NCBI GenBank assembly: GCA_902524115.1
Contig: CABZCA010000003.1
Coordinates: 39,628-103,627, forward strand
Source of the DNA: an uncultured Pelagibacteraceae bacterium
Lineage (GTDB): Bacteria > Pseudomonadota > Alphaproteobacteria > Pelagibacterales > Pelagibacteraceae
Direction: 5' to 3'
DNA: 64,000 nucleotides
A model generated the notes under the pieces. That model ran no database searches and was not told the DNA's origin. It saw only the letters and a list, made by a program, of their open reading frames with translations. Positions 1 through 9,101 of this stretch are shown here, one piece after another; positions within the stretch are counted from its first letter, which is position 1; the number at the start of each line of letters is the position of its first letter. The translations under genes and the position numbers were made by a program.

Positions 1-1
1 T

Positions 2-514
2 GTAATTAGTTTCGATTTAAAACTTACGAGTTTTGCTAAATTAAAAAAACAAGTTGAAAATCTAGATTTAAAAAAAAATAATAATTCAAAAAATAATCTA
101 ATTAAAATCCCAGTTTGTTTCACAGAGGAATTTGCACTAGATATAAAACGTTTACAAGAATTATTAAAAATAAATGAGGCAAAAATTTATGAAACATTCT
201 TTTCAAAAAATTATTATTGTTATATGACAGGTTTTATTGCGGGAATGCCATTCTTAGGAGATATGGATAAATCTCTTTTTGCAAAGCGTTTAGAAACACC
301 AAGAGTAAAGGTCCCAAAAAATTCCATAGGTATAACAGAACAATTTTGTAATATTTATACTTTTGAAAGTCCAGGTGGTTGGAATATAATTGGCAAAACA
401 CCAGTTGATATTTTTGATAATAAAAAAAATACTGAACCAAATCTAATTAATCCAGGTGATACAATATCATTTTACCCAATTTCTAAACTAGAGTATGAAA
501 AAAAATATGAATAA
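2..514 (+). CDS. pxpB: 5-oxoprolinase subunit B (allophanate hydrolase subunit 1 family), 5'-truncated by window edge
   Basis: Frame is open from position 2 (VISFDLKLTSF...) into the listed ORF; motifs MTGFIAGMPFLG, PRVKVPKNSIG, YTFESPGGWNIIGKTP; overlaps a pxpC-like gene. Confidence 0.88.
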   Translation, partial: VISFDLKLTSFAKLKKQVENLDLKKNNNSKNNLIKIPVCFTEEFALDIKRLQELLKINEAKIYETFFSKNYYCYMTGFIAGMPFLGDMDKSLFAKRLETPRVKVPKNSIGITEQFCNIYTFESPGGWNIIGKTPVDIFDNKKNTEPNLINPGDTISFYPISKLEYEKKYE

Positions 515-1454
515 AAACTATTTTGAGGTATTACGACCAGGTATCAATTCTACATTTCAAGACAATGGTAGAGATAATTTTTATCACATAGGCATACCTT
601 TTAGTGGAGCAATGGATAATAGGAATTTTTTATTAGCAAATACCATTTCAAACAATGGAATAAATAATCCAGTCCTAGAATTTGCATATCAAGGTCCAAA
701 ATTGAAATATATAGGAGAAAATATCTCCATCAATGTTACTGGAGATGTTAATTTTAAAATTATAAGAAAAAACAAAAATTTAGAGTTTAGTTGTTACGAA
801 AATATTGTTTTAGAAAATAATGATTGCTTAGATATAGTGTCTACCAATCGATCAGTATATGGTTATTTATCTATTGGAGGTACATTTGAGGTAGATTATT
901 ATTTAAATAGTTGTTCCACAAATACTAAGGCTAAAATTGGCGCGAATAGTGGGGAAAAACTTGAGAAAGGACAAATAATTCATTTAAAAAATATAAAAAA
1001 AATATTGCCAAAAAATAAAATAGAATACCTAAATTCTAAAATTGAAAATATTAGAATAATAAAAGGACCCCATTTTGATTATTTTTCAAAGGATGCAATA
1101 GCTTCATTTTTTAGCAATGAATTTAATGTAACCAAATTAAGTGACCGTATGGGAATTAGACTTAAAGGACCTAAGATTAGTAATATTAAAAATACAAATA
1201 TAAAGTCAGAAGGATTAGTGAAGGGTGTTATCCAAATCACTGCAGATGGGGATCCCATAATTATGCTATCTGATCATGGAACCATAGGGGGTTACCCTAA
1301 GATTGGAGTTGTAATAAGTGCTGATTATGACAAACTAGTACAAATACCTCCAGGATTAAAAATTAAATTTAAAGAAATTAATTTAAAAGATGCAGAAACT
1401 ATTTTTAAATTGTATGAGATGGAAACTCAAAATTTGATTTCCAATATTCAATGA
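507..1454 (+). CDS. pxpC: 5-oxoprolinase subunit C (carboxyltransferase family)
   Basis: PGINSTFQDNGR, SGAMD, SDRMGIRL, DHGTIGGYPKIG; ATG at 507 overlaps the pxpB end (ORF-track start 495 is also possible). Confidence 0.88.
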   Translation: MNKNYFEVLRPGINSTFQDNGRDNFYHIGIPFSGAMDNRNFLLANTISNNGINNPVLEFAYQGPKLKYIGENISINVTGDVNFKIIRKNKNLEFSCYENIVLENNDCLDIVSTNRSVYGYLSIGGTFEVDYYLNSCSTNTKAKIGANSGEKLEKGQIIHLKNIKKILPKNKIEYLNSKIENIRIIKGPHFDYFSKDAIASFFSNEFNVTKLSDRMGIRLKGPKISNIKNTNIKSEGLVKGVIQITADGDPIIMLSDHGTIGGYPKIGVVISADYDKLVQIPPGLKIKFKEINLKDAETIFKLYEMETQNLISNIQ

Positions 1455-2329
1455 ATTTTATTTCAAAGATACCAGGTCCATTATTAATCTTTTTTGGCGC
1501 ATTTTGTCTTAGTTTTGGTGGGTTGATTGTTAAATCATTTGAAGGATCAACTTTATGGCAAATCTTATTTTGGAGACAAGTTTTTTTTATAATTGTTGTA
1601 ACTATATTTTTAATTGTAACTTACAAAAGAGAGGTATTTAAAAAAATTTATGTGTCGGGAATTCCTGGCTTAATTGGTGGAATTATATTGGGTATTGGAT
1701 TTAGCAGTTATGTTTTTTCTATGTATAATACAACTGTTGCAAATACAAATTTCATAATACAAACACAAACAATTTTCTTAGCGATATTTGGATATTTTTT
1801 TTTAAAAGAAAAAATTTCAAAAATAACTTTAGCTTCTATTATTTTAGCAATTTCTGGATTAATTTTAATGCTAGGAAATACTCTATCAAGTGGACAAATG
1901 TCTGGAAATATTGTTGCCTTTGTTATGCCAATTACCTTTGCAACTCTAATTTTAATTGTAAGAAAATATCCTCATGTGGATATGGTACCCTTACAATTAG
2001 TTGCAGGAATAGTTGCAATGATAATAGGTTTTTTAGCTTCAACAAAAATTTCTATATCTTTAAATGATATGTTTTTGGCATTTTTGTCTGGGACATTTCA
2101 AATAGGACTTGGCTTTATTTTAATAACAATTGGTGCGAGAAAAACTCTATCAGCTATGGTTGGCATAATAATGCTTATAGAGGCAATACTTGGTCCTCTT
2201 TGGGCTTGGCTATTTGTAAATGAAAACCCCTCATTCTACGTATTAATAGGAGGAAGCATTATAATTATTGCAGTTTTTCTACAATTTGTCTCATCCTTTA
2301 CAAAAGAAAATAAATATAATCCTCAATAA
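1451..2329 (+). CDS. DMT/EamA family transporter
   Basis: 292 aa, ~10 hydrophobic segments, TTVANTNFI and EAILGPLWAWL...ENP motifs; ATGA overlap with pxpC. Confidence 0.85.
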   Translation: MNFISKIPGPLLIFFGAFCLSFGGLIVKSFEGSTLWQILFWRQVFFIIVVTIFLIVTYKREVFKKIYVSGIPGLIGGIILGIGFSSYVFSMYNTTVANTNFIIQTQTIFLAIFGYFFLKEKISKITLASIILAISGLILMLGNTLSSGQMSGNIVAFVMPITFATLILIVRKYPHVDMVPLQLVAGIVAMIIGFLASTKISISLNDMFLAFLSGTFQIGLGFILITIGARKTLSAMVGIIMLIEAILGPLWAWLFVNENPSFYVLIGGSIIIIAVFLQFVSSFTKENKYNPQ

Positions 2330-3567
2330 TGAAATTAGCTATTATAGGCGCTGGTATATCAGGTCTAAGTGCAGCGTATAGCTTATCTAAAAAATATAAA
2401 GTAGATCTATTTGAGAAAGAAGACCATTTTGGAGGTCATTCTCATACCATTGATGTTAATGTTGGAGATAATATAGTCCCTGTTGATATAGGCTTTATTG
2501 TATTTAATAAAAAAACCTATCCAAATTTAATAAATTTTTTTCAAGAAAATGATATTGCTATAGAAGAAAGCAATATGTCATTCTCAGTATCTGTTAGAGA
2601 CTCAAATATAGAATATTGTGGAAAAGGTCTTTCTGGAATTTTTAGCAATAAATCAAACTTGTTAAATATAAAATTTTTGAAGATGTTTTTTACTATAATT
2701 AGTTTTTATAAACAAAGTGAAAACCAAGTTCCAATTAATGAAAATATTACTTTAGGCAGTTATTTAGACAATTTAAAATTGTCAGATTATTTTATCAAAT
2801 TCCATATTATTCCTATGGTATCAGCTATATGGTCAATGCCCCCTTACGAGGCTAAACAAATGCCACTAAAATTTTTTTTTAAATTTTTTCAAAATCATGG
2901 ATTATTCAAATTAAAAGATCGACCGCAATGGTTCACAGTTTCCAAAAGAAGTAGAACATATGTAAATAAAATTCTAGGTAAAATCAGTGGTGAATATTAT
3001 AAAAATTACAATATTAATAAAATTAAAAGAATTGGATCGGGAGTTCAGGTTTATTATGGAGATAAAAATGAATATTTTACTTACGATAAAGTCGTATTGG
3101 CCACTCATGCTAATCAAGCTCTTTCTTTAATTGAAAATCCTGAAGAAATAGAAAATAAGATCTTAAGTAATTTTAAATATAAAACAAATGAGGCTATAGT
3201 CCATGAGGATATAAGTTATATGCCAACTAATAAAAGTGCTTGGTGTTCATGGAATTCCTCGATCGAGTCTGAGAATAGTGAAAAAAATTCAATTACTTAT
3301 TGGTTAAACCTATTACAAAATTTGAAAATAAATAAAAATATTTTTTTAACATTAAATCCTTATTTAGAGATACCCGAAGATAAAATAATCCGAAAAGTTA
3401 TATTTACACACCCTTACTTTGATCAAAATGCAATCAATAGTCAAAAAGATCTTCACCTAATTCAAAATAAAAATAATATTTTATTTTGTGGTAGTTATTT
3501 TGGATATGGATTCCATGAAGATGGTATAAAATCATCAATAGATATGATTAAGTATATAAATGCTTAA
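2329..3567 (+). CDS. FAD-dependent oxidoreductase (COG2907-like; UfaD-like fatty-acid desaturase candidate)
   Basis: GAGISGL Rossmann motif, GGHSHT, VDIGFIVFN-x2-TYPN, YFGYGFHEDG; immediately upstream of DUF1365 and cfa-like genes. Confidence 0.85.
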   Translation: MKLAIIGAGISGLSAAYSLSKKYKVDLFEKEDHFGGHSHTIDVNVGDNIVPVDIGFIVFNKKTYPNLINFFQENDIAIEESNMSFSVSVRDSNIEYCGKGLSGIFSNKSNLLNIKFLKMFFTIISFYKQSENQVPINENITLGSYLDNLKLSDYFIKFHIIPMVSAIWSMPPYEAKQMPLKFFFKFFQNHGLFKLKDRPQWFTVSKRSRTYVNKILGKISGEYYKNYNINKIKRIGSGVQVYYGDKNEYFTYDKVVLATHANQALSLIENPEEIENKILSNFKYKTNEAIVHEDISYMPTNKSAWCSWNSSIESENSEKNSITYWLNLLQNLKINKNIFLTLNPYLEIPEDKIIRKVIFTHPYFDQNAINSQKDLHLIQNKNNILFCGSYFGYGFHEDGIKSSIDMIKYINA

Positions 3568-4336
3568 AAGCTCTAAGATATACGTAGGAAAAGTAATACA
3601 CAGACGATTTAAACCTAAAAATCATTATTTTAAATATAGGGTTTTTTCATTATTGATAGACTTAGATGATCTAAATGAAATTGATAATAAAATTAAGTTA
3701 TTTTCATACAATAAATTCAATATCATTAGTTTTTTTGACAAAGACCATGGAGACAGAGATGGCACCTCGTTAAAAAACTGGGTAAAAAGAAAACTAGAAA
3801 ATATTGGTATCGACAATAGAGAGGTTAAAATCAAATTATTCTGCTATCCAAGAATATTAGGTTATGTATTTAATCCTCTAAGTGTTTTTTTTATATATGA
3901 TAAGTACGATAAAATAATCTCTATATTTTATGAGGTTAAAAATACTTTTGGTGAACAACACACATACATTTTCAAAGCTGAAGATAATGAAACTTTAAGA
4001 AATAGTTGTGTAAAAAAATTTCATGTATCACCCTTCATAGATATGGAGTGTAATTACAAATTTAGAGTAAATAAGCCCTCAGACAAAATATCAGTTATAA
4101 TTGACCAATCTGATAAAGATGGTAAACTTTTACTCGCATCCCAAGACGGTACTGCAAAAGAATTCAGTAATAAAAATCTGTTCGTTTCCTATATTTTTCA
4201 TCCTTTGATGACATTTAAAGTTATTGTCGCAATCCACTATGAGGCATTTAAACTATGGTTAAAAGGAATAAGGTTTATTAAAAAAAAAATAAATATTAAA
4301 AATAATAGTTCGGTAGAAAAAAGTGAATTTGAATAA
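3560..4336 (+). CDS. DUF1365 family protein (UfaO-like)
   Basis: HRRFKPK-x-H-x-F-x-Y, PRILGYVFNPLS, EVKNTFGEQH, KKFHVSPF, IHYEAFKLW. Confidence 0.88.
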   Translation: MLKSSKIYVGKVIHRRFKPKNHYFKYRVFSLLIDLDDLNEIDNKIKLFSYNKFNIISFFDKDHGDRDGTSLKNWVKRKLENIGIDNREVKIKLFCYPRILGYVFNPLSVFFIYDKYDKIISIFYEVKNTFGEQHTYIFKAEDNETLRNSCVKKFHVSPFIDMECNYKFRVNKPSDKISVIIDQSDKDGKLLLASQDGTAKEFSNKNLFVSYIFHPLMTFKVIVAIHYEAFKLWLKGIRFIKKKINIKNNSSVEKSEFE

Positions 4337-5495
4337 ATTATCAGACAAAATTGTCTTTAACTCACTAAAATTTATTAAACATGGAAATTTAAAAATAACA
4401 AACCATGATGGAAAAGAATATACCTTCGGAAATAGTAATGAAAGATTAAATGCTGATCTGATAATAAATAAACCAGGGTTAACTTTTAAAATTATTAAAA
4501 ATGGAAGTGTGGGTCTAGCGGAAGCATATATGGATAATTATTTTGAAACAAATAATTTAACTAATCTTATAGAGCTTGCGGCAAAAAATATAAAAATAGT
4601 TCATAAATTTTCAGGCTCTTTCGATCTTTCAATATTTAATAAAATCAAAGGTTTGTTCATTAAAAATAATAAATCTAGGAGTAAAGAAAACATTAGAAAG
4701 CATTACGATTTAGGGAATGAATTTTTCTCATTATGGCTTGATAAAACCCTAACTTATTCAAGTGCAATTTTTGACGATGGTAATGATTTGGAAAAAGCCC
4801 AGATAAATAAATATAAAAAACTATCAAATCTTGTTAAGCCTAAATCAGGCGATAAGATGCTTGAGATTGGTTGTGGATGGGGAGGATTTGCAGAATATAT
4901 TGGAAAAAATTACAACGTAAAGTTAGATTGTATAACAATCTCCAAAAAACAATACGAATATACAAAAGAAAGAATTCACAAAGAAGGTTTGAATGAAAAA
5001 ATAAATATACAAATGTTAGATTTTAGAGATGTTAAAAATAATTATAATTCAATAGCTTCAATAGAAATGATAGAAGCAGTAGGGCAGAGTTATCTAAAAA
5101 ACTATTTTAATACTATTAAAGAAAACTTAGTTGATGGAGGAACAGCAGCTATACAATCAATTACTATAGATGACTCCATCTATGATAGATATAAAAGTAA
5201 AACTGATTTTATCCAAAAATATATTTTTCCTGGTGGTTTTTTACCTAGTAAAAATGAGTTAGTAAATCTAGCAAACCAATCTGGACTTAAGTTTGAGAAT
5301 TGCAATTCTTATGGTGATCATTACTCAAATACACTAAATATTTGGAGAGAAGAGTTCTTAGAAAAATGGGAACAAATTTCATCACAAGGCTTTGACAATA
5401 CTTTTAAAAGAATGTGGAATTTTTATTTATCATACTGTGAAGCAGGTTTTAAATCTAAAAATATAGACTTAATTCAATTTGCTCTTCAAAAATAA
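4323..5495 (+). CDS. SAM-dependent fatty-acyl-phospholipid methyltransferase (cyclopropane synthase family; UfaM-like)
   Basis: GTG start; HYDLGNEFF, YSSA, LEIGCGWGG, IEMIEAVG, FIQKYIFPGG, WNFYLSYCEAGF. Confidence 0.9.
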   Translation: MNLNKLSDKIVFNSLKFIKHGNLKITNHDGKEYTFGNSNERLNADLIINKPGLTFKIIKNGSVGLAEAYMDNYFETNNLTNLIELAAKNIKIVHKFSGSFDLSIFNKIKGLFIKNNKSRSKENIRKHYDLGNEFFSLWLDKTLTYSSAIFDDGNDLEKAQINKYKKLSNLVKPKSGDKMLEIGCGWGGFAEYIGKNYNVKLDCITISKKQYEYTKERIHKEGLNEKINIQMLDFRDVKNNYNSIASIEMIEAVGQSYLKNYFNTIKENLVDGGTAAIQSITIDDSIYDRYKSKTDFIQKYIFPGGFLPSKNELVNLANQSGLKFENCNSYGDHYSNTLNIWREEFLEKWEQISSQGFDNTFKRMWNFYLSYCEAGFKSKNIDLIQFALQK

Positions 5496-5503
5496 ATAAT
5501 ACT

Positions 5504-6040
5504 ATGAAAATAAAATATTTATTATTGATAATATTCTCAGTATTGATTACAAGTTGTTCATCAAACCAAGCAATGAAACCAGAAGATTTCAAAAACCAAA
5601 AACCTAGATTAATAATAGAAGAGTATTTATCTGGAAATGTAAAAGCATGGGGAATTTTACAAAATAGATCAGGTAAAGTGATAAGACAATTTTCTGCAGA
5701 CCTAGATGGAAAGTGGGATGGAAAACAATTGATACTTGAAGAAAAATTTGTTTGGAACGATGGAGAAATTCAAAATAGACAATGGACAATCAATAAAATC
5801 GATGAACATAACTATGAAGGCACTGCTGGGGATGTAGTTGGAACTGCAAAAGGTTTTTCTTATGGTCCTGCATTTAAGTTTGAATATGTACTGTTAGTTC
5901 CTGTCAAAGGAAGAGAAATGAAAATAACTTTTGATGATTGGATCTTTATGCAAGATGAAAGAGTAGCAATTAACAGAGCAAAAATGACAAAGTTTGGTAT
6001 TAAAGTTGCAGAATTAACTGTAATGTTTGTTAAAGATTAA
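5504..6040 (+). CDS. DUF3833 family lipoprotein
   Basis: Lipobox LITS-C; LEEKFVWNDGE...RQW, GTAGDVVG, FDDWIF, KFGIKV. Confidence 0.8.
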   Translation: MKIKYLLLIIFSVLITSCSSNQAMKPEDFKNQKPRLIIEEYLSGNVKAWGILQNRSGKVIRQFSADLDGKWDGKQLILEEKFVWNDGEIQNRQWTINKIDEHNYEGTAGDVVGTAKGFSYGPAFKFEYVLLVPVKGREMKITFDDWIFMQDERVAINRAKMTKFGIKVAELTVMFVKD

Positions 6041-6042
6041 AC

Positions 6043-6798
6043 TTATTTTTTTTGAAGCTTCGTCATTTTTCTTATCAAATATAAGTAGATCCCATTTGGT
6101 AAAATCTTAAAAAATTTAAGTATTAAAAATAAACTTTTAGGAAAAGCTATTTCAAATGATTTTTTATTTATTAAACCATCATAAATTTGTTCAGCTGCAT
6201 AATGTGTGGTTTTTAAAAATGGCATTTTAAAAGTGTTTTTATCTGTAAGTCTTGTTTTGATAAAACCAGGGCTGACCAGACAAACGCGAACATCATATCT
6301 TTGAAAATCAAGATATAAACTTTCTGCTAAATTAATAAGAGCAGCTTTTGCGGGCCCATAGGCAGTTGAATTTGGCAATCCTCTGTATCCTGCAGTAGAA
6401 GATACAATAGATATGACTCCTTGCCTTTTTTCTTTGTAATATTTTTCAACAGCTTTAATACAATTTATGGTTCCAATATAATTCACATTTGTAACATCAA
6501 TTATATTCTGAAGATCAAAATCCTTCTCTTTTTCAGGCTCATAAATTGCAGTAGAAAAAAAACAAATATCAACCTTATTGTATTTCTCCACAATAGTTTT
6601 AAAAACTGAATTACATGCTTCGTAGTCAACGATATCTAATTTAAAATAATCAATATTTTCATTTTTATCTGAAATATCTTTTAAAACTTCCTCACGTCTT
6701 GATGATATAATTACCTGCCATCCTTTATTTGCAAATTTTAATGCAACTGCTTTTCCTATTCCACTGCTGCCGCCTGTTATCCAAATTACTTTTTTCAT
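6043..6798 (-). CDS. Short-chain dehydrogenase/reductase
   Basis: WITGGSSGIG, GYRGLP, YGPAK (YxxxK), PGFIKTRLTDKN-x-F-x-MP, typical of SDRs found with DUF1365/cfa clusters. Confidence 0.88.
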   Translation of the reverse strand: MKKVIWITGGSSGIGKAVALKFANKGWQVIISSRREEVLKDISDKNENIDYFKLDIVDYEACNSVFKTIVEKYNKVDICFFSTAIYEPEKEKDFDLQNIIDVTNVNYIGTINCIKAVEKYYKEKRQGVISIVSSTAGYRGLPNSTAYGPAKAALINLAESLYLDFQRYDVRVCLVSPGFIKTRLTDKNTFKMPFLKTTHYAAEQIYDGLINKKSFEIAFPKSLFLILKFFKILPNGIYLYLIRKMTKLQKK

Positions 6799-6887
6799 CT
6801 ATTTTTCATTGTTTTATCGCATAAATTTTTATCGACATGCGACAAGAATTGAATAGTATTAATTATATTGAGAACTATATCAACCAT

Positions 6888-7130
6888 ATGTTCAAAATTA
6901 TAATCATATATGAGTTAATTTTCGTCGCGTTTTGGAATATTCTTTATTATTCTAACTCTGGAGTAGAGAACTGGTTCCAAGAAAAAATTTTGACAGCTAT
7001 CTTTGTGTTTCTATCTACCATGGCTTTAGGATTAACTTTAATTTATGTGATTTATTATAGTTTAAAAATTACTGGGCTATCAAAAATTTTAAAATCACTT
7101 AAAGATCCTAGAAAAAGCAATACACAATAA
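6888..7130 (+). CDS. Small hypothetical membrane protein (~80 aa, 2 TM)
   Basis: Fills the gap between the SDR gene and the DUF2256 gene; two hydrophobic stretches; ATG 6888 preferred over 6837. Confidence 0.55.
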   Translation: MFKIIIIYELIFVAFWNILYYSNSGVENWFQEKILTAIFVFLSTMALGLTLIYVIYYSLKITGLSKILKSLKDPRKSNTQ

Positions 7131-7259
7131 TTAATTACTAGAGGCGCATCTCTTAGAGCAATACTTAACTTTTTCCCAATTGAGTTTCCATTTTTTTCTC
7201 CAAGAAAAAGGCTTGTTACAAATTTTGCATATCTTAGTTGGCAGGTTTTGTTTTTTCAT
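7131..7259 (-). CDS. DUF2256-family CxxC protein, 42 aa (not in ORF track)
   Basis: Manual translation MKKQNLPTKICKICNKPFSWRKKWKLNWEKVKYCSKRCASSN*; matches the LP-x-K-x-CxxC-x2-PF-x-WRKKW...YCS-x-RC pattern. Confidence 0.88.
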   Translation of the reverse strand: MKKQNLPTKICKICNKPFSWRKKWKLNWEKVKYCSKRCASSN

Positions 7260-7605
7260 TTAATTGTTTTCTGTTTTTTAAAAATAAGAAAAATGCAGCA
7301 ATTTCGTATATATAATGGAAAATAATAAATAAGGGTTTTATTGAAAAAATTTTAGATAGGATTTTATATTTTGGTATTTTTGACCAAATTATAATAAATG
7401 CTTTAGCTCCTCCAATAACTTCACCATCATTTATTACATGCAACCTTCTGAGCAACTCTTTTTGGGACTTAGATGTTATTTTTATAGCCTCATCATTATT
7501 TGTAATATCTATCCACTCCAAATCACTATTTGCAATTTTTTTATAATGATTTATTTCCATTCTACAAATATTGCAAGAATCGTTAAAATAAACTTTAATT
7601 CCCAT
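7234..7605 (-). CDS. DCC1-like thiol-disulfide oxidoreductase (DUF393)
   Basis: N-terminal VYFNDSCNIC motif, RLHV...GAKAF..IW. Confidence 0.8.
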   Translation of the reverse strand: MGIKVYFNDSCNICRMEINHYKKIANSDLEWIDITNNDEAIKITSKSQKELLRRLHVINDGEVIGGAKAFIIIWSKIPKYKILSKIFSIKPLFIIFHYIYEIAAFFLFLKNRKQLNEKTKPAN

Positions 7606-9091
7606 AAGTATTATCTTTAATGAATTTGTTTGCTTCTGATAATATTAATTTTTTTCTATCTTCTTTCATTTTATCAAAAATTCTTACCATCATAGACAAC
7701 CTTGGATTTTTTAAAAAAAATTTTCTATTTCTATCTATGAAACGCCAATAAAGACCATCCATAACATTGCACCAGTTGCCCCTCTTAAAATCCATCATTT
7801 TCATAAAATAACTTGATCCACAGATATAAGGTTTAGTTGCGAAAATTCCACCATCACTAAACAAACCCATTCCATAAACGTTTGGAACCATAACCCAGTC
7901 AGATGAGTCTACAAACATTTCCATGAACCATTTATAAACTGATTTTGGTTCAACTTCACATAAATTCATAATATTTGACAATATCATTAATCTTTCAATG
8001 TGATGCGACCAACCAAATTTGTCAGCATTTTTAATTGCATAATCCAAAGGATCCAAACCAGTGCTACCATCATAAAAAGTATTTTTCATTTTTCTATTAT
8101 GTTTAAAGAAATTTCCACTTTCCATTTCTTTACTAAAATTTTGATATATTCCTCTCATAAACTCTCTCCAACCAATTATTTGTCTTATATAGCCTTCTAA
8201 AGAATTTAGTCTCACACCCTTACTGTGGTGATAAGTCATTATTTTTTGAATGATTATATCTGGCGTTATTAAACCTAGATTTAAATATGGACTAAGAGCA
8301 CTGTGAAATAAAATATTATTGTTTTGATCAACTGCATCCTCATAATCACCAAATAAATTTAACTTGTCTTTAATAAAGAAATCTAATAATTTTAAAATAT
8401 CTTTATATTCAGTTGCAAACCAAAATTTTTTGGTATCACCCGGATGTTTACTAAATAATTTTTCAATAATTGGTTTTAAACTTTTTGTATGTTTAGTTTC
8501 TTTAATTTCTGGAAATTTAGGTATTAAGATATTTTTTGGTAGTTTTTTTCTATTATCTTCATCAAAACTCCATTTTCCTCCCTCTGGTGTGCCATCTTTA
8601 TTTAACAAAATATTTAATCTTTCACGCTTTTCTTTATAATATTTAGCCATAAAGGGTTTTTTTGTTTTGTTTAAATATTTTTTAAAATCTTCTCGACTAT
8701 CTAAAAACATTGGAGATCGAATTATATTCCACTGAATATTTTGTTTTTTTAAAAAATTATTTATTTTTGTTTCAAAAAATTTATCCTCTATTTCAAAACT
8801 AGTTATTTCTTTTACTTTGTTTACCTTTAATATTTTTTCTAATTTTTTCGTATAATCTTTTTTAAAATCAGCAGAATCAATCTTTGAGTAATTTAGCTTA
8901 AATTTATTTTCCTTCAATTTGTCTGCATAGGATCTCATTGAAGACAAAAATAGCAGTATTTTTAATTTATGATGTCTTTCATATGTACATAATTCGTAGT
9001 CTTCTGACATAAAAAACAGGTGGTCTTTTTTGAAGCGGTCAAGGTTTTTTAATGGAAATAATTGATTTCCAAGTATAAAAAATAATTTCAT
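7595..9091 (-). CDS. Cryptochrome/photolyase family protein (bacterial (6-4) photolyase, PhrB/CryB-related, COG3046)
   Basis: ILGNQLF, HHKLKI, PEGGKWSFDEDNR, FGDYEDA, LFHSALSPYLNLGL, EGYIRQIIGWREF, HHIERLM, WVMVPNVYGM, TKPY. Confidence 0.92.
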   Translation of the reverse strand: MKLFFILGNQLFPLKNLDRFKKDHLFFMSEDYELCTYERHHKLKILLFLSSMRSYADKLKENKFKLNYSKIDSADFKKDYTKKLEKILKVNKVKEITSFEIEDKFFETKINNFLKKQNIQWNIIRSPMFLDSREDFKKYLNKTKKPFMAKYYKEKRERLNILLNKDGTPEGGKWSFDEDNRKKLPKNILIPKFPEIKETKHTKSLKPIIEKLFSKHPGDTKKFWFATEYKDILKLLDFFIKDKLNLFGDYEDAVDQNNNILFHSALSPYLNLGLITPDIIIQKIMTYHHSKGVRLNSLEGYIRQIIGWREFMRGIYQNFSKEMESGNFFKHNRKMKNTFYDGSTGLDPLDYAIKNADKFGWSHHIERLMILSNIMNLCEVEPKSVYKWFMEMFVDSSDWVMVPNVYGMGLFSDGGIFATKPYICGSSYFMKMMDFKRGNWCNVMDGLYWRFIDRNRKFFLKNPRLSMMVRIFDKMKEDRKKLILSEANKFIKDNTYGN

Positions 9092-9101
9092 TAATTATTT
9101 T

